DNA of 64,000 nucleotides from an uncultured Acidimicrobiaceae bacterium (GCA_963737805.1 CAVTUE010000005.1:4139-68138); one strand, 5' to 3'; positions 43,812 through 58,103 are shown, numbered from the stretch's first letter. A program made the numbers and translations. Notes: generated by a model from the letters alone, not told the origin.

Positions 43812-45172
43812 TCAGGACTCTTCGAGGTAGTCCCGCAGCAGGTGGGCGGCGTCGGGCCGGCGCAGCTTGGCCAGCGTCTTGGACTCGATCTGGCGCACCC
43901 GCTCCCGGGTCACCCCGAACTCCTTGCCGACCTCTTCGAGCGTGCGGATCTTGCCGTCGTCGAGGCCGAAGCGCAGCCGGACGACGTCCTGCTCGCGGTC
44001 GGAGAGGTGGCCGAGCGCCTCCTTGACCGCCTCGTCGAGCAGGGCCCGTGTCGCCGCGTCGTCGGGGACCACCGCGCCCCGGTCCTCGATCAGGTCGGAC
44101 AGGTTGAAGTCGTCCTCGTCGCCCACCGGCTGCTCGAGCGAGACCGTGTCCTGGTTGATGCGCTGGATCTCGCGCACCCGCTCGATCGGGAACTCCACGC
44201 GTTGCGCCACTTCCTCGATCGTCGGCTCGCGACCGAGCTCCTGGAGGAGCTGGCGCTGCGCCCACACCACCTTGTTGATGGTCTCGACCATGTGCACCGG
44301 GATGCGGATGGTGCGCGCCTGGTCGGCGATGGCCCGGGTGATGGCCTGGCGGATCCACCACGTGGCGTAGGTCGAGAACTTGAAGCCCTTCGTGTGGTCG
44401 AACTTGTCGACCGCCCGCATGAGGCCGAGGTTCCCCTCCTGGATGAGGTCGAGGAAGGCCAGGCCCCGGTTGCGGTACCGCTTGGCGATCGAGACCACGA
44501 GGCGCAGGTTGGCCTCGATGAGCTCGTCCTTGGCCTTGGCCCTTGCGCATGAGCCGCTTGCCGCGGGCGACCCCGCCGGCGTCGAGCAGGTCCGTCTCGG
44601 GCCCCTCGCCGGCCAGGGCCAGCTCGTGGGCCGCCAGCCGGGCCGCGGCCTCGTTGCCCTGCCTCGATCGCCGGGCCATCTCCACCTCGAGCTCGGCGTT
44701 GAGCAGCGGGACCTTGCCGATCTCCTTCAGATAGGTGTGGACCGGGTCCTCGGAGCTGCCCCCCGAATCACCGCTCGAGGCGGACCGCTTCGCCGTTCGG
44801 CCTCGCGGCGTGCATCCGCGCCGGATCCGCGCCGTTGGACTTCGGCACCAGCCCTCGGTTCCTTCGGGGGCGCGACCTCGCAGGACAAGGTCTTCCTCTT
44901 CGTCCGGCACGAGCGCGACACCCTCGGCCTTGACCCGATCGATCAGTGTCGTGAGCACCTCGGGAGTCAGCTCGACCGTGTGCAACGCCTCGATCAGCTC
45001 GGCCTGCGTGAGCTGTCCCTTGGCGCGACCGACGGCGAGCACCGCGTCGAAGTCGACCTGCGAGACCCCGGGTGGCAACGCCGACGTGCGAGATCGGCGC
45101 CAGCGAATCGGAGGGCGCGTCCGACAGCTCGACGGCGCCTTCGTCGATCGCGACTGCAGACTCTTCGCTCAC
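43812..45172 (-). CDS. rpoD: Principal-type RNA polymerase sigma-70 factor (at least 3 frame changes)
   Basis: The C-terminal two thirds are intact in ORF 43812..44498 ([58 protein letters not shown]; region 4 [20 protein letters not shown]). The N-terminal pieces lie in ORFs 43762..45078 and 44768..45172. It sits directly downstream of dnaG. Confidence 0.9.
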
Positions 45173-45223
45173 TCTCGCCCTGCCAACGTTGTCACTCCCC
45201 CGGCTCCCTCTGAACCAACCAAG

Positions 45224-47098
45224 CTACCAACCGGTCGGCCGCATCGCTGCCAGAGGCTGATCGTCGAGTTCGTCCAGCCAGCGCCGCACTTGCGCGGTCT
45301 CGGCCGCCCGGCCTGCCAGGAGTCGTCGCCCAGCCCGCGATTCGACCTCCACCTCGGCCAGCGCGCGCCGGGCCGCGCCGCGCAGGAGCACGGCGACCAC
45401 GGAGTCGACCGGGATCGCCAAGGTCGGGGTCGCCCACCATCGGCTCCTCGACAATCACGCGTCGCAACAGGCTGGCCACCTCCGGTGACGCGGCCTCCAC
45501 CGCTTCGTGCACGCTGTCGTTCTCCAGGAGCGCAACGAACGCCTCGGCGTTGCACCGATCGGTGAAGAGCACAGCGTGCGACCCGATCCGCTACATCTTC
45601 GGGCGGTGGACGGCCAACTTGAGCGCCTCGAGCCCCGGCCCAGGTCGCAGCGCCGCGGCCAGCGGCCGGCACCACTCGCCCCCGCCTTCGGGCGCCATCG
45701 TGGTCGCCGTCGTCCTCGGGATAGTCGCGGTCGGCGGCGGCTCGTCACTCGAACGCGCGTGCGCCGCGTCGGGCGCTCCGGCCGGCCGGGTGGGCGCGCG
45801 AGATAGTCCAGGCGCTCGCGCACCCGGGCCGGGTCGAGACGGCACCGGTCGGCCACCTGCATCACGTACTGGTCGCGCACCAGGTCGTCGGGGTGCTCGG
45901 CCACGGCCGTCAGCGCGGCGTCGGCGGCCCGGGCCCGTCCCTCGGCCGTCGTCAGGTCGCCGGCGTCCAGCATCCGGTCGACCCGGAACTGCAGGAACGG
46001 CCGGGCCTCCTCGATGGCCCGGGCCAACGCCGTCGGGTCGGTGCGGGCCAGCTCGCCCGGGTCGCTCCCGCCGGGAGGTCGGCCACGACCACGTCGACCT
46101 CGTGCCTGCGCTCCCATTCGTAGACGCGCGAGGTGGCGCTCTGCCCGGCGGCGTCGGCGTCGTAGGCCAGCACGATGCGCTTGGCGAAGTTGCGCAGCAG
46201 CGTGAAGTGCTCCTCGGCCAGCGCGGTGCCGCAGGTGGCGACGGCCCACGGCACCCCGGCCTGGAAGCAACCGATGACGTCGGTGTAGCCCTCGCACACC
46301 ACCACCTCGCCCTGCGCGATGATGCCCTTCTTGGCCCAGTTGAGCGCGTAGAGGGTCCGGCGCTTCGAGTAGATCGGCGACTCCTGCGAGTTCTTGTACT
46401 TGGGCTCGGGCCGCTCGGACGGCGGCTGACCGGGCCGGGGCGGCAGGATGCGCCCGCCGAGCGCCACCGGGCGGCCCGAGGGGTCGCAGATCGGGAAGAG
46501 CACCCGGGCCCGGAAGGAGTCCTGCGCGCGGCCGCGCCGGTTGACGAAGCCGAGGCCCGAGTCGGAGAGCACCCGTCTCGGGCAGCCGCAGCGCCTTGGC
46601 CAGGGCGTCCCAGTCGTCGGGTGCCCAGCCCAGGCGGAACTGGCGCACGACGTCGCCGTCGTAGCCACGCGAGCGCAGGTAGTCCCGCGCCCGGCCCGGC
46701 GTCGGGCGACGCGCAGCAGGCGCTCGTGGTACCAGTCGACGGCGCGCTCCATGGCGTCGAGCAGCTCGGAGCGCCGCTTGTGGTCGCGGCCCGATCTCCT
46801 GCGTCCTCGTGCAGCGTGACGCCGGCCCGGTCGGCCAGGAAGCGCACGGCGTCGACGAAGTCGAGGTGCTCCATCGCCCGGACGAAGCTGATGGCGTCGC
46901 CCGAGGCCTGGCAGCCGAAGCAGTAGTAGAAGCCCTCCTCGGCGTTGACGCTGAACGAAGGGGTCTTCTCGGCGTGGAACGGGCACAGGCCCGCTCCAGC
47001 GCCGGCCGACCTTCTTGAGCAGCGGCGTGCTCGCCGATGAGCGCCACGATGTCGGTGGCCGCCCGGACCTGGGCCACTTCCTCGTCGGGTATGCCCAC
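45224..47098 (-). CDS. dnaG: DNA primase (many frame changes)
   Basis: GTG at 47096-47098: (M)GIPDEEVAQVRAATDIVALIGEH. The zinc-finger block CPFHAEKTPSFSVNAEEGFYYCFGCQASGDAISFV and the TOPRIM block VVVCEGYTDVIGCFQAGVPWAVATCGTALAEEHF...IVLAYDADAAGQSAT are scattered over three frames. Confidence 0.88.
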
Positions 47099-47322
47099 GG
47101 ATGACGGTACCGCGGCGCTGTCCCCGATCGTCCGGCCCAGGTTCGCTCAAGGCCGTCGATCTATGGCGTCTGCGCCTGACCTTCATGACGGGGTACGCCT
47201 CGAGGCTGGCGGCCCGGCCTTCGCCTGGCCTACGCCCTCTGGTTCGCCCGTCCTGCTGGCCGCCTCGTCCGGGGCCTGGACCTTCGGCACGTCGGAGGCC
47301 GTGGACCCGCGTCGGCTCCGCG

Positions 47323-50003
<2,681 letters not shown>

Positions 50004-50112
50004 CGGGCCTCCTTGCCCTGGACGGGCGAACCGCGTGGCGGCGCGGTCGCTCGAGTGGTCACCCTCCCCAGCCTGGGACGGCCCAACTCAGCCTACTTCC
50101 CTCCGGCGGTAC

Positions 50113-50640
50113 TCAGGAGTGCAGTTCAGGTCCGGCGGCCGCCGCGCGGATCGTCGCCGGGTGGCACGGTGTCCCCCTTGTCGGCACCGGTGACCTGGCG
50201 CTGGAAGACCTCTTTGGCCTGGCGCATGAAGTCGCGCACGATGGCCAGCTCGTCGGCCTTGAAGCGCTGGGCCACCTGGCGCATCTCCTCGGCGACCGGC
50301 CGCTGCAGGCCCTGCGAGTCGCTGCCGGGCCGCCGGGACGATCTCGACCCAGACCCGCCGGCGGTCCTCGGTGTCGCGCCGACGCGTCACCATGCCCGCC
50401 TCTTCCAGGCGGTCGAGGATGAAGGTGACGGCCCCGGTGGTCAGGCCGCTCTCCTCGGCCAGGTGGCCCGCGGTGATGGGTCCGAGGCGGCCAATAAGGT
50501 CGAGGCAGCGCATGTCGGTCCTGCTCAGCTTCAGCTTCTTGGCCAGGCCGCTCGTCGAAATCGCTGGCCGCGCCGAAGTACCCCATGATCTCCGTGCGCA
50601 GCTGCTGCGCCAGCTCTGACCGCGACCATTGTCTTGACAC
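50113..50640 (-). CDS. MarR-family transcriptional regulator (about 3 frame changes)
   Basis: GTG at 50640: (M)SRQWSRSELAQQLRTEIMGYFGAA. Across frames it then reads LAKKLKLSRTDMRCLDLIGRLGPITAGHLAEESGLTTGAVTFILDRLEEAGMVTRRRDTEDRRRVWVEIV. It is divergent from the ABC exporter genes. Confidence 0.8.
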   Translation of the reverse strand: MSRQWSRSELAQQLRTEIMGYFGAASDFDERPGQEAEAEQDRHALPRPYWPPRTHHRGPPGRGERPDHRGRHLHPRPPGRGGHGDASARHRGPPAGLGRDRPGGPAATRRACSGRSPRRCARWPSASRPTSWPSCATSCARPKRSSSARSPVPTRGTPCHPATIRAAAAGPELHS

Positions 50641-50672
50641 ATAAGTAACTTTATCACTAAGTTTCTTTGGTA

Positions 50673-51739
50673 ATGGCTAATTCTTCACACACCAGGCTGG
50701 CGGTTGAGGCCCACGACCTGGTGAAGGTCTTCCCCCGCGGCAACGTGCGGGCGCTCGACGGGGTCTCCCTCGAGGTGGAGGCCGGCACCGTGCTCGGGTT
50801 GCTCGGCCCGAACGGCGCGGGCAAGACCACGGCCGTGCGCATCCTCTCCACCATTCTCGGCCCCGACGCCGGGCGGGCCTCGGTCCTCGGCCACGACGTG
50901 GTCGCACCAGGCCGAGCGGTGCGGCGGATCATCGGGCTGGCCGGCCAGTACGCCGCGGTCGACGAGAACCTCACCGGGCCGCGAGAACATCCACATGGTC
51001 GGCGCGCCTCTCGCACCTGAGCCGCAAGGTGTCGTCGCGCCGGGCCGACGAGCTGCTCGAGGAGTTCGGCCTGACCGACGCCGGCGACCGCGTGCTCAAG
51101 ACCTACTCGGGCGGCATGCGCCGGCGGCTCGACCTGGCCGCCGCGCTGGTGGCCAACCCGCCGGTGCTCTTCCTCGACGAGCCGACCACCGGGCTCGACC
51201 CCCAGAGCCGCCAGGACCTGTGGGTCGTCATCGAGGAGCTGGTCGCGCGACGGCACGACGGTGCTGCTCACCACCCAGTACCTCGAGGAGGCCGACCGCC
51301 TGGCCCGTGACATCGTGGTGATCGACCACGGGCGCGTCATCGCCGAGGGGACGCCGGCCGAGCTCAAGGCCGACCTGGGGACCTCGGTCGTCTCGGTGAC
51401 GCTGGGCGACCGCGATGCCGCTGGCGCCGCGCGGTCCACTGCTCGCGCCGTTCTCCGAGAAAGCGCCGGTCGTCGAGGACCTCGTGGTCGAGCTGACGGT
51501 CGAGGACGGGCCCGCAGGGCGGGCGCCGAGGTGCTGCGCTCGCTCGACGCGGCGCAGATCACCGATCGCCGGCCTGGCGCTGCGCGAGCCCAGCCTCGAC
51601 GACGTCTTCCTCAGCCTGACCGGCCACAAGACCGAGCCGAGATCGAAGAGGAGCGCCGACGACACGGCAGCGAAGCCGAAGCGGGGCCTGGCGCCGGGCG
51701 CGCAAGAACGACGTCGCCGACGGGAAGGATGCCGCATGA
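50673..51739 (+). CDS. ABC transporter ATP-binding protein, DrrA/ABC-2 type (about 3 frame changes)
   Basis: It reads [20 protein letters not shown], with Walker [10 protein letters not shown], signature [12 protein letters not shown], Walker [12 protein letters not shown] and [14 protein letters not shown]. The TGA stop at 51737-51739 overlaps the next ATG. Confidence 0.85.
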
Positions 51740-52565
51740 CGACCACCACCATCACCGCACCGGCGCGGTCCGGCAGCCCAGTCAGGGCAACCGGCTGCGC
51801 TGGGTCGTGGCGGACATCGCCACCATCACGTGGCGCAACCTCCTCGCGCTGGCCCGGACGCCCCGAGGCGCTCTTCTTCTCGACGTTGCAGCCGATCATG
51901 TTCACGCTGCTCTTCCTCTACGTCTTCGGTGGGGCCATCCACGTCCCGGGCGGCCGCTACGTCGAACTACCTGATGCCCGGGCATCTTCGTGCAGACGGT
52001 CATCTTCGGCGCCGTGAGCATCGGCGGTCGGGCTGGCCGAGGACCTGCAGAAGGGCATCATCGAGCGCTTCCGTGCCCTGCCCGATGGCCCGATCCGCCG
52101 TGCTGGCCGGCCGGACCACCGCCGACCTGGTCCGCAACGTCTTCGTGGTGGTGCTGATCACGGCCGTCGGCTTCGCCGTGGGCTTCCGCATCGGGACCAA
52201 CTTCCGGCTGTTCATCTGCGGGGCGCTGGTGATCCTGTTCTTCGCCTACGCGTTGAGCTGGGGCTTCGCCTACATCGGCCTGTCCGCGCCGAACGCGAGA
52301 CGGCGCAGGTCATGGTCTTCCCGATCCTCTTCCCGCTTCATCTTCGCCTCGTCGGCCTTCGTCCCGGTGGCCGTCCATGCCCGGCTGGCTGCAGGCCTTC
52401 GCCGAGCACCAGCCGGTGAGCCAGGTCGTCGACGCCGCGCGGTCGCTGATGGTCGGCGGCGTCCTGCACGACTCGGGCGCCGTGTGGTCGGCCCTCGCGT
52501 GGTCCGTCGGGCTGCTGGTGGTCCTGGCGCCGCTCGCGGTGCGCAAGTACCGCAAGGTCGCCTGA
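51736..52565 (+). CDS. ABC-2 type transporter permease (about 3 frame changes)
   Basis: ATG at 51736. It reads [47 protein letters not shown], then [21 protein letters not shown], then [22 protein letters not shown]. Confidence 0.8.
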
Positions 52566-52577
52566 GCGGCCGCTCCC

Positions 52578-53912
52578 CTACCCCTGGCCGGTGCGCCGGC
52601 GCAGCTCGCCCAGAGATCGGCGATGGGCACGCGCACCTGGTCGGTGGTGTCGCGGTCGCGGACGGTGACGGCGTCGTCCTCGAGCGAGTCGAAGTCGACC
52701 GTCACGCACCACGGCGTGCCCACCTCGTCCTGGCGGCGGTAGCGCCGGCCGATGCACTGGGTGACGTCGTAGTCGCACATGAAGTGCGGCTGCAGGGGCG
52801 ACAGCACCTGGCGGGCCAGAGGCTCGAGGGTGTCCTTCTTCGACAGCGGGAGCACGGCCACCTGGTAGGGCGCCAGCCGCCAGTGGAGGCGCAGCACGGT
52901 GCGGGCCTCGCCCCCGACCTCGTCCTCGTCGTAGGCGGCGAGGAGGAAGGCCATCATGGTCCGGGTGGCGCCGGCGGCCGGCTCGATCACGTAGGGCGTG
53001 TAGCGCTCGTTGGTCTGCTGGTCGAAGTAGTCGAGCGCCACCCCGGACGCCTTGGCGTGGGCCGTGAGGTCGAAGTCGCCCCGGTTGGCGATGCCCTCGA
53101 GCTCGTCCCAGCCCCACGGGAAGTGGAACTCGACGTCGGCCGTGCCGCGCGAGTAGTGCGACAGCTCGCTCTGCTCGTGGTGGCGCAGGCGGAGCTTGTC
53201 GGCCGGGATGCCGAGGTCGAGGTACCACTGCATGCGCTCGGCCAGCCAGTAGTCGAACCACTTCTCGCTCTCGTCGGGCGGGACGAAGTACTCCATCTCC
53301 ATCTGCTCGAACTCGCGGGTGCGGAAGACGAAGTTCTGCGGGGTGATCTCGTTGCGGAACGACTTGCCGACCTGGGCGATGCCGAAGGGCGGCTTCTTGC
53401 GGGTGGTGGTGAGCACGTTGGCGAAGTTGGTGAACATGCCCTGGGCGGTCTCGGGGCGCAGGTAGGCGACGTGGCCCTCGTCCTCCACCGGGCCGGCATG
53501 GGTCTTGAACATCAGGTTGAAGGCCCGGGCCTCGGTGAGGTCGTGCGAGCCGCAGTTGGGGCAGACGCCCTCGATCTTGTCGGCCCGCCAGCGCTCGTGG
53601 CAGTTCTGGCAGTCGACCAGGGGGTCGGTGAAGGTCGCCAGGTGGCCCGAGGCCTCCCACACGGCGGGGGGACCGAGGATGGCGGCATCGAGGCCGACCA
53701 CGTCGTCGCGCAGCTGGACCATGGCGCGCCACCAAGCGTTCTTGACGTTGCGCAGCACGTTGACCCCGAGCGGGCCGTAGTCGTAGGTGGAGCGGAAGCC
53801 GCCGTAGATCTCGGCCGACGGGAAGATGAAGCCGCGGGTGCGGCAAAGCCGCACGACCTTCTCCATCAGGTCGTCGCTGGCCGCCTGGGGCGCCTCGGCG
53901 GGTCTCTGTCAT
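52578..53912 (-). CDS. glyQS: Glycine--tRNA ligase, dimeric class II type (frame changes near 53898 and 52610)
   Basis: ORF 52310..53866 reads RGFIFPSAEIYGG...YDYGPLG...LRPETAQG...FRNEITP...FRTREFEQMEMEYF...EPAAGATR. The ATG at 53910-53912 is shared with the hemW stop (ATGA). Confidence 0.9.
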   Translation of the reverse strand: MTETRRGAPGGQRRPDGEGRAALPHPRLHLPVGRDLRRLPLHLRLRPARGQRAAQRQERLVARHGPAARRRGRPRCRHPRSPRRVGGLGPPGDLHRPPGRLPELPRALAGRQDRGRLPQLRLARPHRGPGLQPDVQDPCRPGGGRGPRRLPAPRDRPGHVHQLRQRAHHHPQEAALRHRPGRQVVPQRDHPAELRLPHPRVRADGDGVLRPARREREVVRLLAGRAHAVVPRPRHPGRQAPPAPPRAERAVALLARHGRRRVPLPVGLGRARGHRQPGRLRPHGPRQGVRGGARLLRPADQRALHALRDRAGRRRHPDHDGLPPRRLRRGRGRGRGPHRAAPPLAAGALPGGRAPAVEEGHPRASGPPGAVAPAAALHVRLRRHPVHRPALPPPGRGGHAVVRDGRLRLARGRRRHRPRPRHHRPGARAHRRSLGELRRRTGQG

Positions 53913-54999
53913 CGGTGCAGGATACCGGAGCGGATTCTGGCGCTGACCTCGTTGGCCAGCAGCCGGCCGCGCACGGTGAGCACCGCCCGGTCGCCCCGGC
54001 GCTCGACGAGGCCGTGCGAGCTCGTCGGGTCGCTCGAGGCAGTCCCAGGGCACGCCCCGCGGCGTGCGCAGCGACAGGGACAGGGCCTCGAACTCCCGCT
54101 GCTCCGGCGTGAGCTCCTCCCGGCCGGCTTCGGGCGAGCGGCCCGCCTCCACGGCGTCGACGTAGCGGTCGGGCGTGCGCACGTTCCACCAACGCGTGCC
54201 GGCGCGGTGCGAGTGCGCCGCCGAGCCGATGCCGACGTAGTCGCCCTGGTCCCAGTAGAGGTGGTTGTGCCGGCACTCGTGGCCGGGCCGGGCCCAGTTG
54301 GAGATCTCCTCCCAGGCGTAGCCCGCGGCGGTGAGGACGGCCCCGGCGTGCTCGTAGCGCCGGGCCTCGACGTCGTCGTCGGGGTGGCGCCCCGGGTCCG
54401 CCGCCAGCGGCGTGCCGGGCTCGACGGTCAGGCCGTAGGCGCTCACGTGCGGCGGCGGATGGTCAAGCTCGAGCACGTGGTCGAGCGTGGCGGCCCAGTC
54501 GCGCGTCGCTCTCGGTGGCGGCGCCGAAGATGAGGTCGAGGTTCCAGGTGGCGAACCCGGCGGCGTGCACCGCGTCGGAAATGGCCTCGGCGGCGTGGGG
54601 CACGTGGCGCCGGCCGAGACCGGCCAGGACGTGGGCCTGGGTGGACTGCAGCCCGAAGGACACCCGCGTCACCCCGGCGCACCGGTACGTGCCGAGGTGC
54701 GCGTCGTCGGCGTCCTCGGGGTTGCACTCGACCGTGACCTCGGCGCCCGGCGAACGCGGGACGGCCTCGAGGATGCGGCACAGGGTCTCGGGGTGGAGGC
54801 GGGACGGGGTGCCCCCTCCGAAGAAGACAGAGGTGGCGGGCCCGAGGCCAGCTTCCCCGAACCACCGCAGCAACTCGAGGACACAGGCGTCCGCGTAGCG
54901 CTCCATGAGGTGGTCGCGGTCGGTGTAGGTGGCGAAGGCGCAGTAGTCGCAGCGCTCCCGGCAGAACGGGACGTGGACGTAGACGCCGAAGGGGGTCAA
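53909..54999 (-). CDS. hemW: Radical SAM heme chaperone HemW / HemN-like (2-3 frame changes)
   Basis: The TTG start at 54997-54999 overlaps the recO stop. It reads LTPFGVYVHVPFCRERCDYCAF (CxxxCxxC), FFGGGTPS, RVSFGLQS, and later HLYWDQGDYVGIGSAAHS. It ends ...SGILHR-TGA. Confidence 0.85.
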
Positions 55000-55730
55000 A
55001 GGCCGGCGGTCGAGCGCACCGAGCGTATGCGCCGGTCGAGGTGCGCCTCCATGGCCTCGGTGGCCAGCTCGGCCACCTCGTCGGCCGCCGGTGGCGGCGG
55101 CCCCGCCAGCACCGCGGCCAGATCGCCGCCCAGGATGCGGCGCAGCAGCACCAGCGCCGCCGGGCTCATGTGGCGGCCGCTGCGGTGGGCCCGGCACAGC
55201 GTCCCGCCCGCGACGAGATCGAAGGCCACCAGCTCCACCGCCCCGTCGGGCTCGCCGCACGTGGCACACTCGTCGAGCACCGGGCCGGCGCCCTCGAGGA
55301 CGAGCGCCTTCAAGAAGAAGGACGGCGTCACGAGCGTCGGGTCGGCCGTCTCGTCGGCCAGCGCGGTGAGGGCGCCCACCAGCATCGAGTACAGCCGGGG
55401 GTCGGGATGGCGCTCCTGGGCCATCTGGTCGCTCACCTCGAGGAGCGCGATGCCGTGGGGCATGCGGTCGAGGTCCTCGCGGATGGGCCGGAAGGCGTGT
55501 ACCACCTCGACCTGGTTCACGATGTCGAGGTCGCTCCTCCCCTGCCACAGCAGGAGGTCGACGTTGGTCAGCGGCTCGAGGCGACCACCGAACTTCGAGG
55601 TGGTCTTGCGCACGCCCTTGGCGACTGCCCTTACCTTGCCGTGGCGCTCGGTCAGGAAGACGATGATCTTGTCGGCCTCGCCCAGACGGTACGTGCGCAG
55701 GACGACGCCTTTGTCGCGGAACAGGCTCAC
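54996..55730 (-). CDS. recO: DNA repair protein RecO
   Basis: GTG at 55728-55730. It reads VSLFRDKGVVLRTYRLGEADKIIVFLTERHGKVRAVAKGVRKTTSKFGGRLEP, with a zinc-like C..CG motif (CATCGEPDG...LCRAH). No frame change is needed. Confidence 0.88.
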   Translation of the reverse strand: MSLFRDKGVVLRTYRLGEADKIIVFLTERHGKVRAVAKGVRKTTSKFGGRLEPLTNVDLLLWQGRSDLDIVNQVEVVHAFRPIREDLDRMPHGIALLEVSDQMAQERHPDPRLYSMLVGALTALADETADPTLVTPSFFLKALVLEGAGPVLDECATCGEPDGAVELVAFDLVAGGTLCRAHRSGRHMSPAALVLLRRILGGDLAAVLAGPPPPAADEVAELATEAMEAHLDRRIRSVRSTAGL

Positions 55731-56092
55731 GTGTCGGCGTCGGACCTGGGCTGGGCGCCGGTGTCGGCGGCGGTGCCGGCTCGGCGGTGCCCGGGGTCGA
55801 GCGGGCAGTAGCGCTCGCCCCGGCGGGCGGCTTCGGCCACGGCCCGGCGGGCCTCCGCAGCCCGGTCGGCCGCCTGGTCGTGGGCCTCCTGGGCGGGCCG
55901 GACCCGGTTCATGGCGGCCGCCCCGTGGGAATGGCGACCGTAGAGGGCGTTCCCTGCGCCTACCAGCGCCGCGATGGCGACGAAGGCAATAACGGCAGCG
56001 CCGGCGCCGGCTTGCCCCTCGGCGATCACCACGACGGCAAAGACGGTGAGGAGGGCAATCCCGGCCGCGACGGCGATCCGGCTCCAAGTCAT
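55727..56092 (-). CDS. Small membrane protein (hypothetical)
   Basis: It reads MTWSRIAVAAGIALLTVFAVVVIAEGQAGAGAAVIAFVAIAALVGAG, giving two helices. The stop overlaps the recO start. The longer ORF starts at 56158. Confidence 0.45.
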   Translation of the reverse strand: MTWSRIAVAAGIALLTVFAVVVIAEGQAGAGAAVIAFVAIAALVGAGNALYGRHSHGAAAMNRVRPAQEAHDQAADRAAEARRAVAEAARRGERYCPLDPGHRRAGTAADTGAQPRSDADT

Positions 56093-56408
56093 AACCCCAC
56101 CATTCTCGCAGCCGGGCGGGGTGGCGCGAGCCCAGTGCCGGTCCGGGGCCGGTCTCACGGGTGTGGGGGCACGCCCGGATTCCGAGCAGTCAACCGCACC
56201 ATCTCGTTGGTGTGGGGCCTGGCCTTCCTGGTCGGGACTGTCTCACTGATTGTGGCGGGAAGCGTGACCGACCGACCTTTCCTGTTGCGCATCCTCATTC
56301 CGTTCGGGGCGCTGGCGTGGGCCTATTCGTACACGCAGCGCATTGTCACGGCGCGTGGGGCGGCGGGCGGGGCCGGCGGAACTGGCCCTGAACCGGTGGC
56401 GCCGCCGG

Positions 56409-57215
56409 TTAAGGGTTGACGGCCCCGAACCGGCGCACCCGGCGCTGGTAGTCGACGACCGCCTCGTACAGGTGGCGACGCCGCATGTCTGGCCAGAGGA
56501 TCTCGGGGAAGACAAGCTCGCTGTAGGCGATCTCCCACAGCAGGAAATTGGAGATACGCGTCTCGCCCGACGTGCGGATGACCAGATCGGGGTCCGGCAT
56601 GTCGGGGAAGTAGAGGTGGCGCGCGATGGCCTTCTCGTCCACCTTGGCGGCCGGGGTGCCCTCATCGACGAGAGCACGCACGGCGTCGACGATCTCGGCG
56701 CGACCGCCGTAGTTGAAGGCCATCGTCATCACCATGCGCCGGTTGTGCTTGGTGAGCTCGATCGACTCGTCCATCCGCTTGAGCACCCGTCGGGGCACGC
56801 GCCAGTCACGCCGGCCGGCGAAGCGGATCTGCACCCCTTTCTCGTTGAGCTCGTCGCGCCGGCGCATGAGGAGCGACTGGTTGAAGTTCATGAGGTACCG
56901 CACCTCGTCGGGGGGCCGGCGCCAGTTCTCGGTGGAGAAGGCGTAGAGGGTGATCCACTTGATGCCGATCTCCAGGGCACCGTTGACCACATCGAGGAGG
57001 GCGGTCTCACCGGCACCGTGCCCCTCGGTCCGGGGCAGGCCGCGGGCGCTGGCCCAGCGTCCGTTGCCATCCATCACGCAGGCGACGTGGACGGGCACCC
57101 GGGAGAGGTCCAGCTCCGGTGGGACCGGATCGAGTGTCTCCGAGCCGCCGTTGCCGGGGCCTCGGTCCTGATCCCGTCCCCGGACACCTCCCGGCTCGCG
57201 GACGGCAGGGGTCAC
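56409..57215 (-). CDS. uppS: Isoprenyl transferase (undecaprenyl/decaprenyl diphosphate synthase family)
   Basis: Intact 268-aa ORF with HVACVMDGNGRWA, TLYAFSTENWRRP, IRTSGETRISNFLLWEIAYSE and RRFG. Confidence 0.9.
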   Translation of the reverse strand: MTPAVREPGGVRGRDQDRGPGNGGSETLDPVPPELDLSRVPVHVACVMDGNGRWASARGLPRTEGHGAGETALLDVVNGALEIGIKWITLYAFSTENWRRPPDEVRYLMNFNQSLLMRRRDELNEKGVQIRFAGRRDWRVPRRVLKRMDESIELTKHNRRMVMTMAFNYGGRAEIVDAVRALVDEGTPAAKVDEKAIARHLYFPDMPDPDLVIRTSGETRISNFLLWEIAYSELVFPEILWPDMRRRHLYEAVVDYQRRVRRFGAVNP

Positions 57216-57327
57216 CGGATGAACCTACCGCGACCTGCCCCTCCTCGATCTCCAGCGGGGCTTCTATCCGTGTTGCATGATGGGGATCCCGGCCAGGCGG
57301 TACGGGTGGATGATCCGAGGAGGAACC

Positions 57328-58002
57328 ATGTCCGAGCCAGTAGCTGCACCACGCCCCGACACCGACGACATGTTCGCGGTGCACGGCGTCTTCCGGGACT
57401 GCCTCGGTGCTGCGCCCACACTGGTCGGGGACGTCGCGGCGGGCGACACAGCGCGGGTGGAGCTGATCGCCAATTACTACGAGAACATCCTGTCCTTCCT
57501 CGAATCGCACCACGACGGCGAGGAGAAGTTGGTCTTCCCGCTCCTGCGCGAGCGGTGCGCCGGCGACGACGCGCTGATCGACCACATGGACGAGCAACAC
57601 CATGAGGCGCTGGCGCTCCTGGGGGAGGCGAGGAGCTCCCTGGCGGCGTGGCCCGGTGGCGACGCCGCGGCCCAGCAGGCGGCGCAGGATCGCTTGGGCG
57701 AGCTGCACAGCCACCTGGGCGCGCATCTCAGCGAAGAGGAGCAAAAGGTGTTGCCCCTGGCGGGCGAGTACCTCTCCATGGAGGAGTGGGGGGCGCTGCC
57801 GGGGCACGGCTTGGCCAACTTCCACGGCGACAAGATCTGGCTCATCCTCGGCCTCATCCGCGAGCGCATGACCGAAGAGCAGCGCGCCGCGATGATGGCG
57901 CACATGCCGCCGCCGGCCGTCGAGATGTGGACCGGGTTCGGCGAGCAGGCCTTCAAGGACTACTCCAGGGACGTCGTCGTCGAGGTCGTCAACCACGCCT
58001 GA
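57328..58002 (+). CDS. Hemerythrin (HHE) domain-containing protein
   Basis: ATG at 57328 after GAGGAGGAA. His/Glu-rich helices are present (HHDGEEKLVFPLL, MDEQHHEAL, HLSEEEQ). The ORF is open from 57277. Confidence 0.7.
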   Translation: MSEPVAAPRPDTDDMFAVHGVFRDCLGAAPTLVGDVAAGDTARVELIANYYENILSFLESHHDGEEKLVFPLLRERCAGDDALIDHMDEQHHEALALLGEARSSLAAWPGGDAAAQQAAQDRLGELHSHLGAHLSEEEQKVLPLAGEYLSMEEWGALPGHGLANFHGDKIWLILGLIRERMTEEQRAAMMAHMPPPAVEMWTGFGEQAFKDYSRDVVVEVVNHA

Positions 58003-58103
58003 GGGGTCTACCCGTCGCGCTTCGATCGTCGCCGGGCGCCTCTGAGAGGGCTCCGACCAGGACCGGGGTGGGGCGGTACACCACGGCGGTAGCGTCATCT
58101 CCG

